From NCBI GenBank assembly GCA_963674865.2, contig CAXXYE010000008.1, positions 128,001-192,000 on the forward strand: a stretch of DNA of 64,000 nucleotides, given 5' to 3'. This document shows, piece after piece, positions 49,539 through 59,651 of this stretch. The DNA is from Candidatus Hydrogenedentota bacterium. Its GTDB lineage: Bacteria; Hydrogenedentota; Hydrogenedentia; Hydrogenedentales; SLHB01. The notes under the pieces are model-generated. The model did no database searches. It had not been told where the DNA came from and was given only the letters and a program-made list of their open reading frames with translations. Position numbers and translations under genes: made by a program. The number at the start of each line of letters is the position of its first letter. Position 1 is the first letter of the stretch.

Positions 49539-50417
49539 CTACTCGATATTCTGGACCTGTTCGCGGATTCTGTCCAGCTCGGCCTTTAGGACAAACACCT
49601 CTTTGGCGACGTCCGAGTCGCGGACTTTTACGCCGAGTGTGTTGATTTCGCGATGGATCTCCTGCGCGATGAAGTCCAGCCTCCGCCCTACAGGTTCGCC
49701 AAGCTCAAGCAAGTCGATGGCGTGATCCAGGTGCGTACGCAGGCGAAGCAGCTCTTCCGTAACATCGCCTTTCTCGGCCATGACCGCCACTTCCATGGCG
49801 ACGCGATCCTCGGCTACGGCCGGCTCCAGGCGAAGCTCTTCGATCCGAGTCCGCAGCCGCTGCTCATACAACGCGTTGACCTCCGGCAGATGCGCCTCGA
49901 TATGCTCGAGCGTAGCGCGTATCTCGCCCGCGCGCCCCGCCACTTCCTCGGCCAGCGCCTTGCCCTCTTTCTCCCGCATGGCGATCATCATGGTGAGGGC
50001 GTCTTCCACCGCGTCCGTGACGACCTCCTTGGCCCCTTCCAGGTCCTCTTCAGGCTCTTCCAGGCTGAACACGCCGTCGAGTCGGGCCAGAACATCCACC
50101 GAGAGGGGCTGATCCGAGCCCATCAGGCGGCCGAGGCCCCGCGCCGCGTCGACATAATCCCGCGCAAGCTCGACATCGAACCGCACCCGCGCGCCGGAGG
50201 ATTCGCCGCGCTTCCGGCTCACCGTGACATTGATCTTGCCGCGGGCGGCACGTGCCTTCACGCGCTGCCGGATCTCGTACTCGAGCGCCGACCACGAGCT
50301 AGGCAACCGAACGCCGCAGTCGAGATATCGGTGATTCACCGCGTTCAGCTCGACGGTTATGGCATCCTGATTGAATTGCCGTGTCGCCTTGCCGAACCCA
50401 GTCATACTACGCGCCAT
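49539..50417 (-). CDS. yicC: YicC/YloC family endoribonuclease
   Basis: SMTGFG, VNHRYLD, RGKI, DVTEELLRL, GRRLDF, REINT, IREQVQNIE. Confidence 0.95.
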   Translation of the reverse strand: MARSMTGFGKATRQFNQDAITVELNAVNHRYLDCGVRLPSSWSALEYEIRQRVKARAARGKINVTVSRKRGESSGARVRFDVELARDYVDAARGLGRLMGSDQPLSVDVLARLDGVFSLEEPEEDLEGAKEVVTDAVEDALTMMIAMREKEGKALAEEVAGRAGEIRATLEHIEAHLPEVNALYEQRLRTRIEELRLEPAVAEDRVAMEVAVMAEKGDVTEELLRLRTHLDHAIDLLELGEPVGRRLDFIAQEIHREINTLGVKVRDSDVAKEVFVLKAELDRIREQVQNIE

Positions 50418-50535
50418 CGGTGTGTTTCCCTCTTATTTAACCAGAAGCGAGATTATACGAAAAAATCGCCTGTTATGGCAACTTCTGTGCCTCCCGCAAT
50501 CGCCGGATAACTCAGCGGTGCCGCGCAAAGACAGA

Positions 50536-50703
50536 TCAGCTCCCCCCGAACAAGGCCATGACACGCGAGACGGCTTCATCCACGGCGGGGGCATTCGCAC
50601 GGTAGAACACGGCGGAGAAGCGGATGAGGTAAAACGCCGTCGTGCCGAATATCCACACGCCGGCGAGGGCAACCCCGAATCGCCTCCACGCGGCCCTACT
50701 CAT
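50536..50703 (-). CDS. Small single-TM protein, 55 aa (MSRAAWRRFGVALAGVWIFGTTAFYLIRFSAVFYRANAPAVDEAVSRVMALFGGS); not in ORF track
   Basis: Hand-translated. ATG overlaps the DUF2304 gene end by 8 nt; basic N-terminus followed by a hydrophobic helix. Confidence 0.65.
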   Translation of the reverse strand: MSRAAWRRFGVALAGVWIFGTTAFYLIRFSAVFYRANAPAVDEAVSRVMALFGGS

Positions 50704-51058
50704 CGCCCTTGCCTTCTGGTTGCTCGAGCGCGTTGGCTAACAAAGCGACCTCCTGCGTAAGCTCGCGGTTCCTTTCCACGAGCCGGGAGATCACAATGGA
50801 AAAACTGAGCAGCAGCGCAAGAATGAACAGAAAAGCCGCCAGAAACATGACGGTAACAAACTGCAATCGCGTCCATTCCGCGAACTTCACGATCAGCATC
50901 GGAAACACGCCCACCAGCAGCCCGAACGCCGACGTGGCCAGCCACAGCAGCGCGTAGCGCTCCTTCAATAGTCCGCGCCGAACCAATTCGAGTACGACAA
51001 GCAGGAGCAGGATACTTAGCACCAGGAGCGCCAGTCGGTGGGACGTGTAAATGGCCAT
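50696..51058 (-). CDS. DUF2304 membrane protein
   Basis: LVRRGLLKERYALLWL, three TMs, RELTQEVALL; directly follows a GT2 gene. Confidence 0.88.
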   Translation of the reverse strand: MAIYTSHRLALLVLSILLLLVVLELVRRGLLKERYALLWLATSAFGLLVGVFPMLIVKFAEWTRLQFVTVMFLAAFLFILALLLSFSIVISRLVERNRELTQEVALLANALEQPEGKGDE

Positions 51059-51076
51059 GTGCTCTGCCCCTTTTCT

Positions 51077-51799
51077 CTAGATGTCCTCGGGCGCCCGCGT
51101 GAATTTCCGAAAGAGATCGACGAATATCGCCAACGCGACCTTGGCCATATAATACGCCGCGTGCGGCGGCCGGATGCTCGTTCGCCCGCCCTGGCGCGGC
51201 TGCATCGTCACGGATACTTCGGCCGCCCGCAGGCCGGACTTGTGCAAGATGACGAGCGACTCGGCTTCCGGATAATCATCCGGGTAGTGCCGGGCAAACG
51301 TCGCGATAACCTTCCGATTGCAGGCCCGGAACCCGCTCGTCGTATCCGTGATCCCGCCGCCGATGAGGCCGTCGATCAGCCGTGACAGGATCGACTTGCC
51401 GACCCGCCGGCTCATGGAAGGCGCGTAACCTGTGTCGACCACGTACCGCGAACCGATGATCAGATCCGCCTTGTCTGCTTCGATGTGTTCGATCAGCCGG
51501 GATAGCTCATCCACGGGGTGTTGCCCGTCCGCGTCGCATTGCACGGCAATGTCGTAACCCTTACGTAGAGCGTACTTATAGCCGGTTTGCACGGCGGCGC
51601 CGATGCCCAAGTTGTACGGCAGGCGAATGAGGGCGACGCCCGGCGCCCGCGCCACAGCCGCCGCGGTGTCATCTCCCGAGCCGTCGTCAACGACGACCAC
51701 ATCGTAGTCAGGGACAGCCTCCCGCAGCCGGGCCAGCACCTGCGGTATGGCCTCCGCCTCGTTGTAGGCGGGGATGATAACCAATACCCTCCTGTTCAC
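51077..51799 (-). CDS. GT2 glycosyltransferase (DPM1-like)
   Basis: IIPAYNEA, VDDGSGD, NLGIGAAVQTG, DADGQH, GSRY, DTTSGFR, DYPE. GTGA overlap. Confidence 0.92.
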   Translation of the reverse strand: MNRRVLVIIPAYNEAEAIPQVLARLREAVPDYDVVVVDDGSGDDTAAAVARAPGVALIRLPYNLGIGAAVQTGYKYALRKGYDIAVQCDADGQHPVDELSRLIEHIEADKADLIIGSRYVVDTGYAPSMSRRVGKSILSRLIDGLIGGGITDTTSGFRACNRKVIATFARHYPDDYPEAESLVILHKSGLRAAEVSVTMQPRQGGRTSIRPPHAAYYMAKVALAIFVDLFRKFTRAPEDI

Positions 51800-52794
51800 G
51801 CGCTCACCTTTCGTCGAACGATGAACCGCCACGCGCCGTGGAGCATGCCGACTCCTCGCGCCGCATCGCGCAAGAGAGCCACGTCCAGAAACCACAACAT
51901 CCGAAGGTCGCGGCTCGCCCGGATCATCCGTCCCAACAATCCAAGATAGACCAGCACGAAGGCCGACAGCAAGATCAGGAGCACCGTGGCCACGACCGCG
52001 AGCGCGCTGCCGAAGGCCGCGGCCACCGGCGCCGCGATAAGTCCCACCGCGATCAGGAGCGCCAGTGCCGGCGCCGCCAACTCCGGCCCGCGCGCGTAGC
52101 GATCTCCCCGTGCGCGTCCGGGATGGCCCGCATAGAGCTTCATGCGCCAGAATCCATGACGCATCTGAGTTCTCAGGTAAGACGCCAGCCGCGCGGGATG
52201 GTAATGGGCCACCCGCGCCCCGCGCACGAACCGAAGCCGGCCCCCGGCGTCCATGAGCCGGTAGGCCAGGTCGTTATCCTCCGCGGAGGCCGCGGAATAC
52301 GTCTCATCGAAGCCGCCAACGGCCTCGAAAGCGTCCCGCCGGTACGCGACGTTGAAGGACCCCAGGAAATCTACCTCCTCGCCGAACCGTGCATGACGGG
52401 CGAGAATTTCCCCATGCACCACCCGGGCCAGCAGACTCTCCGGATTCGCAATGCCATAGGTTCCGCCAACGCCCACGACGTGCTCATCGGTGAAGCCCGC
52501 CGCCAAGTGCTCGAGCCAGTCCGGCTCCGGGATGCAGTCCGCGTCGGTGAACGCCACGATGTCGCCCTCGGCCTCGTGCGCGCCGCGATTGCGTGCCGCC
52601 GCCGGCCCGGCCCGATCCTGCCGGAGGTAGCGCACGGGCAAGGATTCGGCCGCCCGGGGAGTATCATCCGTCGAGCCGTCGTCCACGACAATCACCTCCC
52701 TCGGGCGGCACGTCTGATTCAGGCACGCCGCGAGGCATTCGGGCAGCGTTTGCGCCGCGTTGTGCGCCGGAATGACCACCGTCACTTGCATCAC
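51796..52794 (-). CDS. GT2 glycosyltransferase with C-terminal TMs
   Basis: VIPAHN, VDDGSTD, GPAAARN, FTDAD, GGFDE, EDNDL. Confidence 0.92.
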   Translation of the reverse strand: MMQVTVVIPAHNAAQTLPECLAACLNQTCRPREVIVVDDGSTDDTPRAAESLPVRYLRQDRAGPAAARNRGAHEAEGDIVAFTDADCIPEPDWLEHLAAGFTDEHVVGVGGTYGIANPESLLARVVHGEILARHARFGEEVDFLGSFNVAYRRDAFEAVGGFDETYSAASAEDNDLAYRLMDAGGRLRFVRGARVAHYHPARLASYLRTQMRHGFWRMKLYAGHPGRARGDRYARGPELAAPALALLIAVGLIAAPVAAAFGSALAVVATVLLILLSAFVLVYLGLLGRMIRASRDLRMLWFLDVALLRDAARGVGMLHGAWRFIVRRKVSA

Positions 52795-53279
52795 AGGCGC
52801 CCCAGGGCCATCACGCGCTCAATATCATCGCGCAGCGCGGCCACGAGCCGGGCCTCGGCGGGCCGGTAGGACGGAGGCGCGGGCGTGGGATTGGCGCAGG
52901 CTTCCGCGAGGAGGGCCATATCCATCACCATCCTGCCCCAACCGCGCCGCTGTACCGCTTCCGCGATGTCGAGCTGGTGGTCGCTCATGTGTTCATTGTA
53001 CTTCTTCAGCCTGGGCACAACGACAAACGGCCGCCGCGCTTCGAGCGCGTCGAGAACGGAGCCGATCCCGGCGTGGCACACGATCACGCGCGCCTCGCGT
53101 TGGATCCGCAGGATCTCGTCCCTTGACTTGAAGTCAAAGAACTCGCAGGTTTCCGGACGCGTTTGCCCCAAACCGATCTGGATAACCGTCTTCTCGCCCG
53201 TCGATAAGGCGATCTCATCCATCTTCCGAATCAGTCTCGGGAAATCCAGGAACATCGTGCCCAGGGTGACGTAAATCAT
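52791..53279 (-). CDS. PssE/CpsG (Alg13-like) glycosyltransferase subunit
   Basis: MIYVTLGT..FPRL, IQIG, VCHAGIGS, VVPRLKKYNEHMSDHQ. Confidence 0.9.
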   Translation of the reverse strand: MIYVTLGTMFLDFPRLIRKMDEIALSTGEKTVIQIGLGQTRPETCEFFDFKSRDEILRIQREARVIVCHAGIGSVLDALEARRPFVVVPRLKKYNEHMSDHQLDIAEAVQRRGWGRMVMDMALLAEACANPTPAPPSYRPAEARLVAALRDDIERVMALGRL

Positions 53280-55243
53280 GCCGTGCGCTCCCCTCGACGC
53301 CTGCCGGCTCGCCTACTCCAGCCCGGCACGATGAACGTCGCCACAAGGCCCAGGCCCAACAGCCGGTGCTTGAATCCCGTCCACGTGGTGAGTCCCGGAA
53401 GTTGCCGCATGAGAAATCGCGGCCGGCAATAGAACTTGCGCAGCGCCTTGCGGTACTGCCGGGCCACGACGCGGGACGTCAATTCGCCGGAGTCGAAGGC
53501 CATGGAGCCATACGACGCCAGATCATCCCACGCGTCAATCCGAAGGCGGCCGCTCGTGACCACTTCGTCATACAGCGCCGTGCCGGGATAGGGCGTTGCC
53601 ACCGTGTACTGAGCATAGTCCGGATCGAGTTCACGGCAGAAGCGCATCGTCGCTTCCGTGTCGGCCAGCGTTTCGCCCAGGTTCCCGAGCATGAAGTACA
53701 CGCCCACCTCGAGTCCCGCCTCGTGCGCGGCGCGGACGGCGGCCCGCACCTGCTCGATGGTGATGTTCTTGTTGAGAGAGTCAATGACTCGCTGCACGCC
53801 CGATTCCGCGCCGAAGTAGACGCGGTAGCAGCCCGCCGCCTTCATGGCCTGGAGCAGTTCGGGCGTCACGTGGTTCACACGAAGGCCGTTTGTCGTCGAC
53901 CACGGTATCCTGGCCAGCCCGCGTTCCGTCAGCATCGCGCAGATCGCCTGGACCCGCTCCGCATCCGCCGTGAACACATCGTCAATGACCGCGATCTCCC
54001 GAGCGCCGTAACGCTCGACGAGGAACTGCCACTCATCCACGACGTCCGCCGCCGGCCGGAGGCGGAGGCGTCGCCCGAAGACTCCCTTGTAGCAGAAGGT
54101 GCATCCATACGGGCAGCCCCGCGAGGTGATGATGGGGAGGCAGAAATCGTTCCGGCGCGCCAGGCTCGAATAGCGCCCGAGGGGGAACAGCGACCAATCG
54201 GGACAGGGCAGGGCGTCCAGCTCGGCGCACAAGGGGCGCTCCGGATTGTGGACGATGCGCCCGTTCTTGCGCCACGAGACGCCGGCCACGCCCTCAGCGT
54301 CTTGGCCCTGGGCGAGGCGTTCCACCAACTCGCCCAGGGTGACCTCGCCTTCCGAACGGACCACGTAGTCGAAGGCTCCTTCCGCAAGCAGCTCCTCCGG
54401 CAGAACCGTCGCATGAGGCCCGCCCGCTATCAGCATCGGCGGCTGGCCGAGGGCGCGGATGCCCTTGACGATGCCCAGCGTCCCCGGCAGGAGCGGCGTT
54501 GTCACCGTGAAGCACACGAGGTCCGGCGCCTGGCCGGCGATCAGTGCCGTAACATCCTGCGCGGACAGCCGCTCGGCGTTCGCGTCGATCACGCGCACCT
54601 CGCAGCCGTGCCCTTCGAGGGCCGACGCGATGTAAGCCAATCCCATCGGCGGCTGATCGCTCGAAAATCCCCCGGCGTACGCCGATTGCACCAAAGTTGC
54701 CTTCAGGCGCCGCTCACGGCTCCGATCTCCGCCAATCGGCTCATCCTCATCGATCAGGCTCCCACGCATCCGCGCGCGCGGGCCGTAGACGCGCAGCAAC
54801 TCGCGCCACTGCACATAGAATCGATCCGCGAGCCAGTACATCAAACGGCCCGTCCAGGAAGGACGCGTTACTTGCGCGCCGCACTCGATGTACACACTCG
54901 GCACGCGAAAAAGCTTGGCTACCAGCACCACCGGAATCGCGATCTCGGCGCCCGTCGATACAACGAGATCCGGCCGCTCCTTCCTGAAGATCCGCGCCAG
55001 CCGAAACAGGTTAGCCACGAAGGCGAGGGGATTGCGCGGCCGGTTAGGCACGAGGTGCGCACGGGGGAGCGCGCGCGTCGTATCCGCGTCATAGCAGAAG
55101 TAGAAAGCGTCGTGCCCCTCGAAGGCTTCGGCGAGACTGAGCATTTCCGTCAGGTGCCCGCCGTGGGAGCACGCGAGGCATATGGACAGCCGTTTCACCG
55201 TCTCCGCGTTCGTCTCCGTGCGCATCCTCGTGTTCCGACTCAT
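53276..55243 (-). CDS. Fusion: PssD/CpsF (Alg14-like) domain plus B12-binding radical SAM enzyme
   Basis: CLACSHGGHLTEM, ERPDLVVSTGAEIA, YIE..PSWTGRL..FYVQW; then PPMGLAYIA, GGPHAT, EGE, TSRGCPYGCTFC, FGAESG, TPYPGT. Confidence 0.88.
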   Translation of the reverse strand: MSRNTRMRTETNAETVKRLSICLACSHGGHLTEMLSLAEAFEGHDAFYFCYDADTTRALPRAHLVPNRPRNPLAFVANLFRLARIFRKERPDLVVSTGAEIAIPVVLVAKLFRVPSVYIECGAQVTRPSWTGRLMYWLADRFYVQWRELLRVYGPRARMRGSLIDEDEPIGGDRSRERRLKATLVQSAYAGGFSSDQPPMGLAYIASALEGHGCEVRVIDANAERLSAQDVTALIAGQAPDLVCFTVTTPLLPGTLGIVKGIRALGQPPMLIAGGPHATVLPEELLAEGAFDYVVRSEGEVTLGELVERLAQGQDAEGVAGVSWRKNGRIVHNPERPLCAELDALPCPDWSLFPLGRYSSLARRNDFCLPIITSRGCPYGCTFCYKGVFGRRLRLRPAADVVDEWQFLVERYGAREIAVIDDVFTADAERVQAICAMLTERGLARIPWSTTNGLRVNHVTPELLQAMKAAGCYRVYFGAESGVQRVIDSLNKNITIEQVRAAVRAAHEAGLEVGVYFMLGNLGETLADTEATMRFCRELDPDYAQYTVATPYPGTALYDEVVTSGRLRIDAWDDLASYGSMAFDSGELTSRVVARQYRKALRKFYCRPRFLMRQLPGLTTWTGFKHRLLGLGLVATFIVPGWSRRAGRRRGERTA

Positions 55244-55408
55244 AATCGACGTTGCTCATCTGGGGATGAAGGGGCATGAAGAGAAGGCGAAAAACCGGGA
55301 CTGACACAAGCGGCGTCCGCCGTAAGCGGACGAGACGTGTCTGTCCCTGCTTTTCGCAAGAACATGACGCCATCACCATGACTCATGCCACTTGCACCTT
55401 TCCCACAC

Positions 55409-56905
55409 TCAGCCGAATAGGCTGACCTTTCCTGCCTTGAGGCTGTTCTTCACCATCACGCCCACAATGCGCGCCGCGTAGGCGAAATCCTCAGCCGTCG
55501 CCATCTTCCTGCGAATCTCGCCGATACCTTTAGGCGTGAAACAACGCGCCACCCGCTTCCGGATGAAACGCCAGTAGATCTCCTGCCGCTTCGCGTTCAG
55601 CTCATCCGCGGTGAAGTGCTTCGTGTGATACGCCGTGTGAAAGATCGTACTGGCCTCGGCATGCGGTACATCGAGCAGGCCCAGGGACTTGTAGACCTTG
55701 TAGAGATCCGATCCGGCATAAGGCTGCGCGATGTACAAGCTGATCATGTCCAGGCCCGAATCGACGGCAAACTGGGCCGTCTTCTCGACGCTTTCAGGCG
55801 TCTCCTCGGGAAATCCAATGATGAAATTGCCGTAAGTCCATATGCCGAGGCGGTGGCAGAGCTCGACAGTCTCGAGGACGCGGTCGAGGTCCACCTTCTT
55901 GCGGATGAACCGGAGTATCTCCGGATCCCCGGACTCGATGGGGAAGCAGGCGCGATAGAAGCCCGAGGCGCGCATCGCCTCCAGCAATTCCTCGTTGACG
56001 CGCCATATCGAGAGGCCCGGCGGCACCGTCCAGGTAACGTCGATATCCTGCTGGATGAGGTCCTCGCAGAGCGCCATTACCCGCTTCGGCTGAGCCAGGA
56101 AGCTGTCATCCTGAAAGGCGATCTCCCGCACACCGAACGTCTCCACCATGTACTCGATCTCGTCCACCACACGCTCCGGCGCCCGGGGACGCCACGTGCG
56201 CCAGAACCGCTTGGTGCTGCAAAACACGCAGTCGTAGGGGCACCCGCGGCTCGAAATCAGAAAACCGATGGGCCAGCGCTTCGCGAACGGCATGAGAGGC
56301 CGCTGATCTTCGAGGTAGACGTCCATTGGCAGCAGATCGCGCGCCGGCAACGGGAGGCCGTCCAGGTCCTCGATAAGATCCGCCAACGGATTCACGGCGG
56401 CTTTCGAGGTCGTTCCCGGAAGATCCTCCGGCAACGCTTTGTCGGCCTCCAAACGCGCAAGGAGAGCCGTTAGCACGGACTCTCCTTCGCTGCGGACGAT
56501 GAGGTCAATGTTCGGATCCTCGATCAGCGCTTCGGAGCGTTCACTGGCGTCCGGCCCGCCGACAACCACCGGCACGTCTCCCAGCGTCGCCTTCACGAGC
56601 GCCGCGATCCTCAGCGTGTCGCGATCGAATCCAGTGAACTGGCACGTAATGCCCACGAGATCCGGTGCTTCATCGTGCAGCCGCGCCGCAATCTCCTCAT
56701 CAGGCATGCCCACCCGGACCAAGTCCCCATCTTCGCGGCGCACCCACCAGCCTTCCGCCATGCAGTCGAGGACGACAGGCTCGTGCCCCGCCTCGCGCGC
56801 CGCCGCAGCCAGATAGGCGAGTCCGAGGGGCTCGTACAAGTCGGGCCGCGTCTGCTTCTTCGGCAGCCGCCCCGTGAAGGTCGGGCGAATCAACAGCACC
56901 TTCAT
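55409..56905 (-). CDS. B12-binding radical SAM protein
   Basis: EPLGLAYLAA, VGGP, EGE, SSRGCPYDCVFC, FQDDSF, IESG, FIIGFPEET, PYAGS. Confidence 0.92.
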   Translation of the reverse strand: MKVLLIRPTFTGRLPKKQTRPDLYEPLGLAYLAAAAREAGHEPVVLDCMAEGWWVRREDGDLVRVGMPDEEIAARLHDEAPDLVGITCQFTGFDRDTLRIAALVKATLGDVPVVVGGPDASERSEALIEDPNIDLIVRSEGESVLTALLARLEADKALPEDLPGTTSKAAVNPLADLIEDLDGLPLPARDLLPMDVYLEDQRPLMPFAKRWPIGFLISSRGCPYDCVFCSTKRFWRTWRPRAPERVVDEIEYMVETFGVREIAFQDDSFLAQPKRVMALCEDLIQQDIDVTWTVPPGLSIWRVNEELLEAMRASGFYRACFPIESGDPEILRFIRKKVDLDRVLETVELCHRLGIWTYGNFIIGFPEETPESVEKTAQFAVDSGLDMISLYIAQPYAGSDLYKVYKSLGLLDVPHAEASTIFHTAYHTKHFTADELNAKRQEIYWRFIRKRVARCFTPKGIGEIRRKMATAEDFAYAARIVGVMVKNSLKAGKVSLFG

Positions 56906-57849
56906 CGGCGGGCCGCCTCCGGGATAGGGGCGGTGAGTCCCTTCAGAATTCCCCACGAATATGGCCAGATGACGACCCACCGCGCCGCCCACCGGGGCAG
57001 CGCAGCGCCAAGGCCGCCAAACTTGAACGTCAGGAAAGCCAAGGTAGCCGCGAGCGGAGCCGCCATGGTGGCCAGCCCGAGCCAAGGCCATTTCATGAGC
57101 AGGAGCGCCCCCGCCAGCAAGGCCAGCGGGAACAGCGGAATGGCCAGCGTGTACCACCATAACGCTTCGTACCACCCCGCCGCGCGCAGCATCACGACAA
57201 TATCCTTCCCCATCATCACGCTCTTGCGCCAGAGCCCGCGCAGGCGCGTCTCGTAGCGATGTTGCGCCGCGATCCCCTCGTCGAACCAGATCCGGTGTCC
57301 GGCCTTCCGCAGGGCGACGGAGATGTACACGTCCTCGGCGGCGCTATGGCCGCTGAGCGGGAGCCAGCCGCCCGCCTCGCGCAGCGCGGCCGTTCGGAAA
57401 TAGCTATTCCCGCCGATGACCCCCGATGTCTCGCCCGTTTCGAGCGTTTCCACGACAAACCACATGTGGTGGAGCCATGCCGCCAGATTTCGCTTCCCCA
57501 CTGGAGGATGCCGGCCGGTGCCCGCCGCCACGTCGGGCCGGGCGTCCAGCACCGACTTCGCACGCGCAACCCACTCCGGCACGAGGGTGCAGTCTGCGTC
57601 GGTGAAGGCCAGGTAATCCGTCTCGCAGGCCTTCAATACGGCATTGCGGGCCTCATATAACCCCGTCGTCTTGCTAGCGATCACCCGCGCCCCATACCGC
57701 TCCGCTACGGCCACCGTCGGATCCGAGGGGTCGTCGACGGCCACAACGATCTCGTCAGGCGGGGCGGTTTGCCGCTGGATGCTTTCGAGACAGTCCCCGA
57801 TGATGTCCTGCGCGCTTCGCGCACAGATCGCCAACGTCAGCGTACTCAT
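56902..57849 (-). CDS. GT2 glycosyltransferase with C-terminal TMs
   Basis: IGDCLESI, ARN, AFTDADC, AEDV, hydrophobic C-terminus. Confidence 0.85.
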   Translation of the reverse strand: MSTLTLAICARSAQDIIGDCLESIQRQTAPPDEIVVAVDDPSDPTVAVAERYGARVIASKTTGLYEARNAVLKACETDYLAFTDADCTLVPEWVARAKSVLDARPDVAAGTGRHPPVGKRNLAAWLHHMWFVVETLETGETSGVIGGNSYFRTAALREAGGWLPLSGHSAAEDVYISVALRKAGHRIWFDEGIAAQHRYETRLRGLWRKSVMMGKDIVVMLRAAGWYEALWWYTLAIPLFPLALLAGALLLMKWPWLGLATMAAPLAATLAFLTFKFGGLGAALPRWAARWVVIWPYSWGILKGLTAPIPEAARR

Positions 57850-58187
57850 GACGCTCCTGAAGAACGACGGGGACAAAGGAAAGACGCCGCGCCGCGGGGG
57901 CCCGCCTGTACCCACCGCGCCGCTCGTGACGGCGCGAAGGCCCAAATCGCCCTCGCCCGCACGCTTCTCCACCAACGTCGAGCCAACGAAGGAATCCGAA
58001 ACGATTCTAGTGCATGATCCGGGGAATCACAAGGAGGTCGCCTCGTCCGAGAGAGACCTACCCGCCACCGCATACCATCAGGAGCCGCACTTTCTGGCCG
58101 GACATCTAAGTTTGGTCCTTGCGGTCTTCGTGGCGCGGAGTAGGCCCGGCTTCATTGGCCGGCGCGAACGACACGAAGGAATGCGAA

Positions 58188-58244
58188 GGAAAAGGGGACA
58201 TGTTCCAAGCGCCGTCCCCGGCGCGACTACGTGTCCCCCTTTTC
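58188..58244. repeat. Inverted repeat, REP-like
   Basis: gaaaaggggaca ... tgtcccccttttc in the divergent intergenic region. Confidence 0.5.
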
Positions 58245-58609
58245 TGTGTCCGGCGCCTCACGTAACTCGTTTATTCATAATGACATAACACATTGCGGCT
58301 CGCGGCCGTCAGCCGGCCGAGACAAATCTCGAAACAAGGGGTATTGACTTGACAAGGCGACACGGCCTCGCAGTTTGCTCTCTCACCATCGGCCACCACC
58401 CATCGGCATGCCTATCAAACGCTTGCGCAGGGAAGACTGCAACGCCTTGGGCTAATCAATAGAGGGCCTTCACCTCTAGGAGTTCGTCTCAACACGGATC
58501 GCTGACAGTGTTCCGGCGGCACAATTGGCAACCCGGCCACGGGGGAATGCGCGCAGAATAGATCCGTGGTATCATTCGTTTGGTCTAGTGAAAGGGGAGA
58601 CATAGCGAA

Positions 58610-59509
58610 ATGCTCAGATTTCGGTTGTACGGCCCGATACTCGCGGCCCTGGCGCTCGTGCCCTTGCTGGCCGGGTGCCCCGTCTTGCCGTCCTATTCCG
58701 TCAAAATCACCTCGGATATCGTCTTCGCCACGGGCGTCGTATCAGATGGCGCCGAACCGGCCGTCTGGCAAACCAAGGACCTCCTCCTGGACGTCTACGA
58801 ACCGGAGGGCGAAGACGACAGCCCCAAGCCGGCGCTCATCATGATCCACGGCGGCGGGTTCATGGAGGGCGACAAAGACAAAAGCCAGATCGTGGATTTC
58901 GCGAACTACTTCGCCCGCCGCGGCATTGTCTGCTTCAGCATCCAATATCGTTTGATGGACGACCATCCCCCCGCGCCGAGCTACTGGGACAGCGTCGACC
59001 TGGTGGCCGCCGCCCATGCGTCCATGGTCGATGTAAAGGCGGCCATTCGGTTTGTCCGCGCCAACGCCGCCACCTATAACGTCAACCCGGACAAGATAGC
59101 TCTCATGGGCGAGTCCGCGGGCGCCATCGCAGGCGTTACCGCGGCCGTCACCAACGATGGCCAATACGACACCGACGGGCCGGATTTCCCCATTCCCGAG
59201 TCCAACTACCCCGGCGTCACGGCCAGCGTCGCAGGCCACGTCCAGCTCTGGGGGAGCGCCGACCACGTCCTCGTCGACATCGACCCGAACGATCCGCCCA
59301 TCATGATCGTGCACGGCGACGACGACGACAACAATCCCATCACCACCATCGGCGCGGCCAGGCGGCTCCACCTCGCATTGGAACTCTGGGACATCCCACA
59401 CGAGTTCTACGAGGCCGAGGGCTGGGGCCACAGCGCCTGGAATTACCGCGAGAACGGCAAAACCCTCGAGCGCCTCATCTACGATTTTCTCAACGAGTAC
59501 GTGGTCTAG
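58610..59509 (+). CDS. Lipoprotein alpha/beta hydrolase (HSL-type esterase)
   Basis: Lipobox LAGC, LDVYEP, IHGGGF, GESAG, VHGDDD, GWGH. Confidence 0.9.
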   Translation: MLRFRLYGPILAALALVPLLAGCPVLPSYSVKITSDIVFATGVVSDGAEPAVWQTKDLLLDVYEPEGEDDSPKPALIMIHGGGFMEGDKDKSQIVDFANYFARRGIVCFSIQYRLMDDHPPAPSYWDSVDLVAAAHASMVDVKAAIRFVRANAATYNVNPDKIALMGESAGAIAGVTAAVTNDGQYDTDGPDFPIPESNYPGVTASVAGHVQLWGSADHVLVDIDPNDPPIMIVHGDDDDNNPITTIGAARRLHLALELWDIPHEFYEAEGWGHSAWNYRENGKTLERLIYDFLNEYVV

Positions 59510-59651
59510 CGCATGCCTTTACAGGCCCGGCCGCCGTGAGGCTATCACCGCCCATTGAAAGCCCCTCGCCCGTTTCCCTATCATCGCTTCCCGGTGAAAC
59601 CGTCCGGGGTGGGCGGCCTGTCCCACACCGCCTGAAGGGAGCGATCATCAC

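Noticed and set aside
50476..50492. GG-N10-GC sigma54-like word
   Set aside because: Weak match pointing antisense into genes, with no downstream plus-strand gene.
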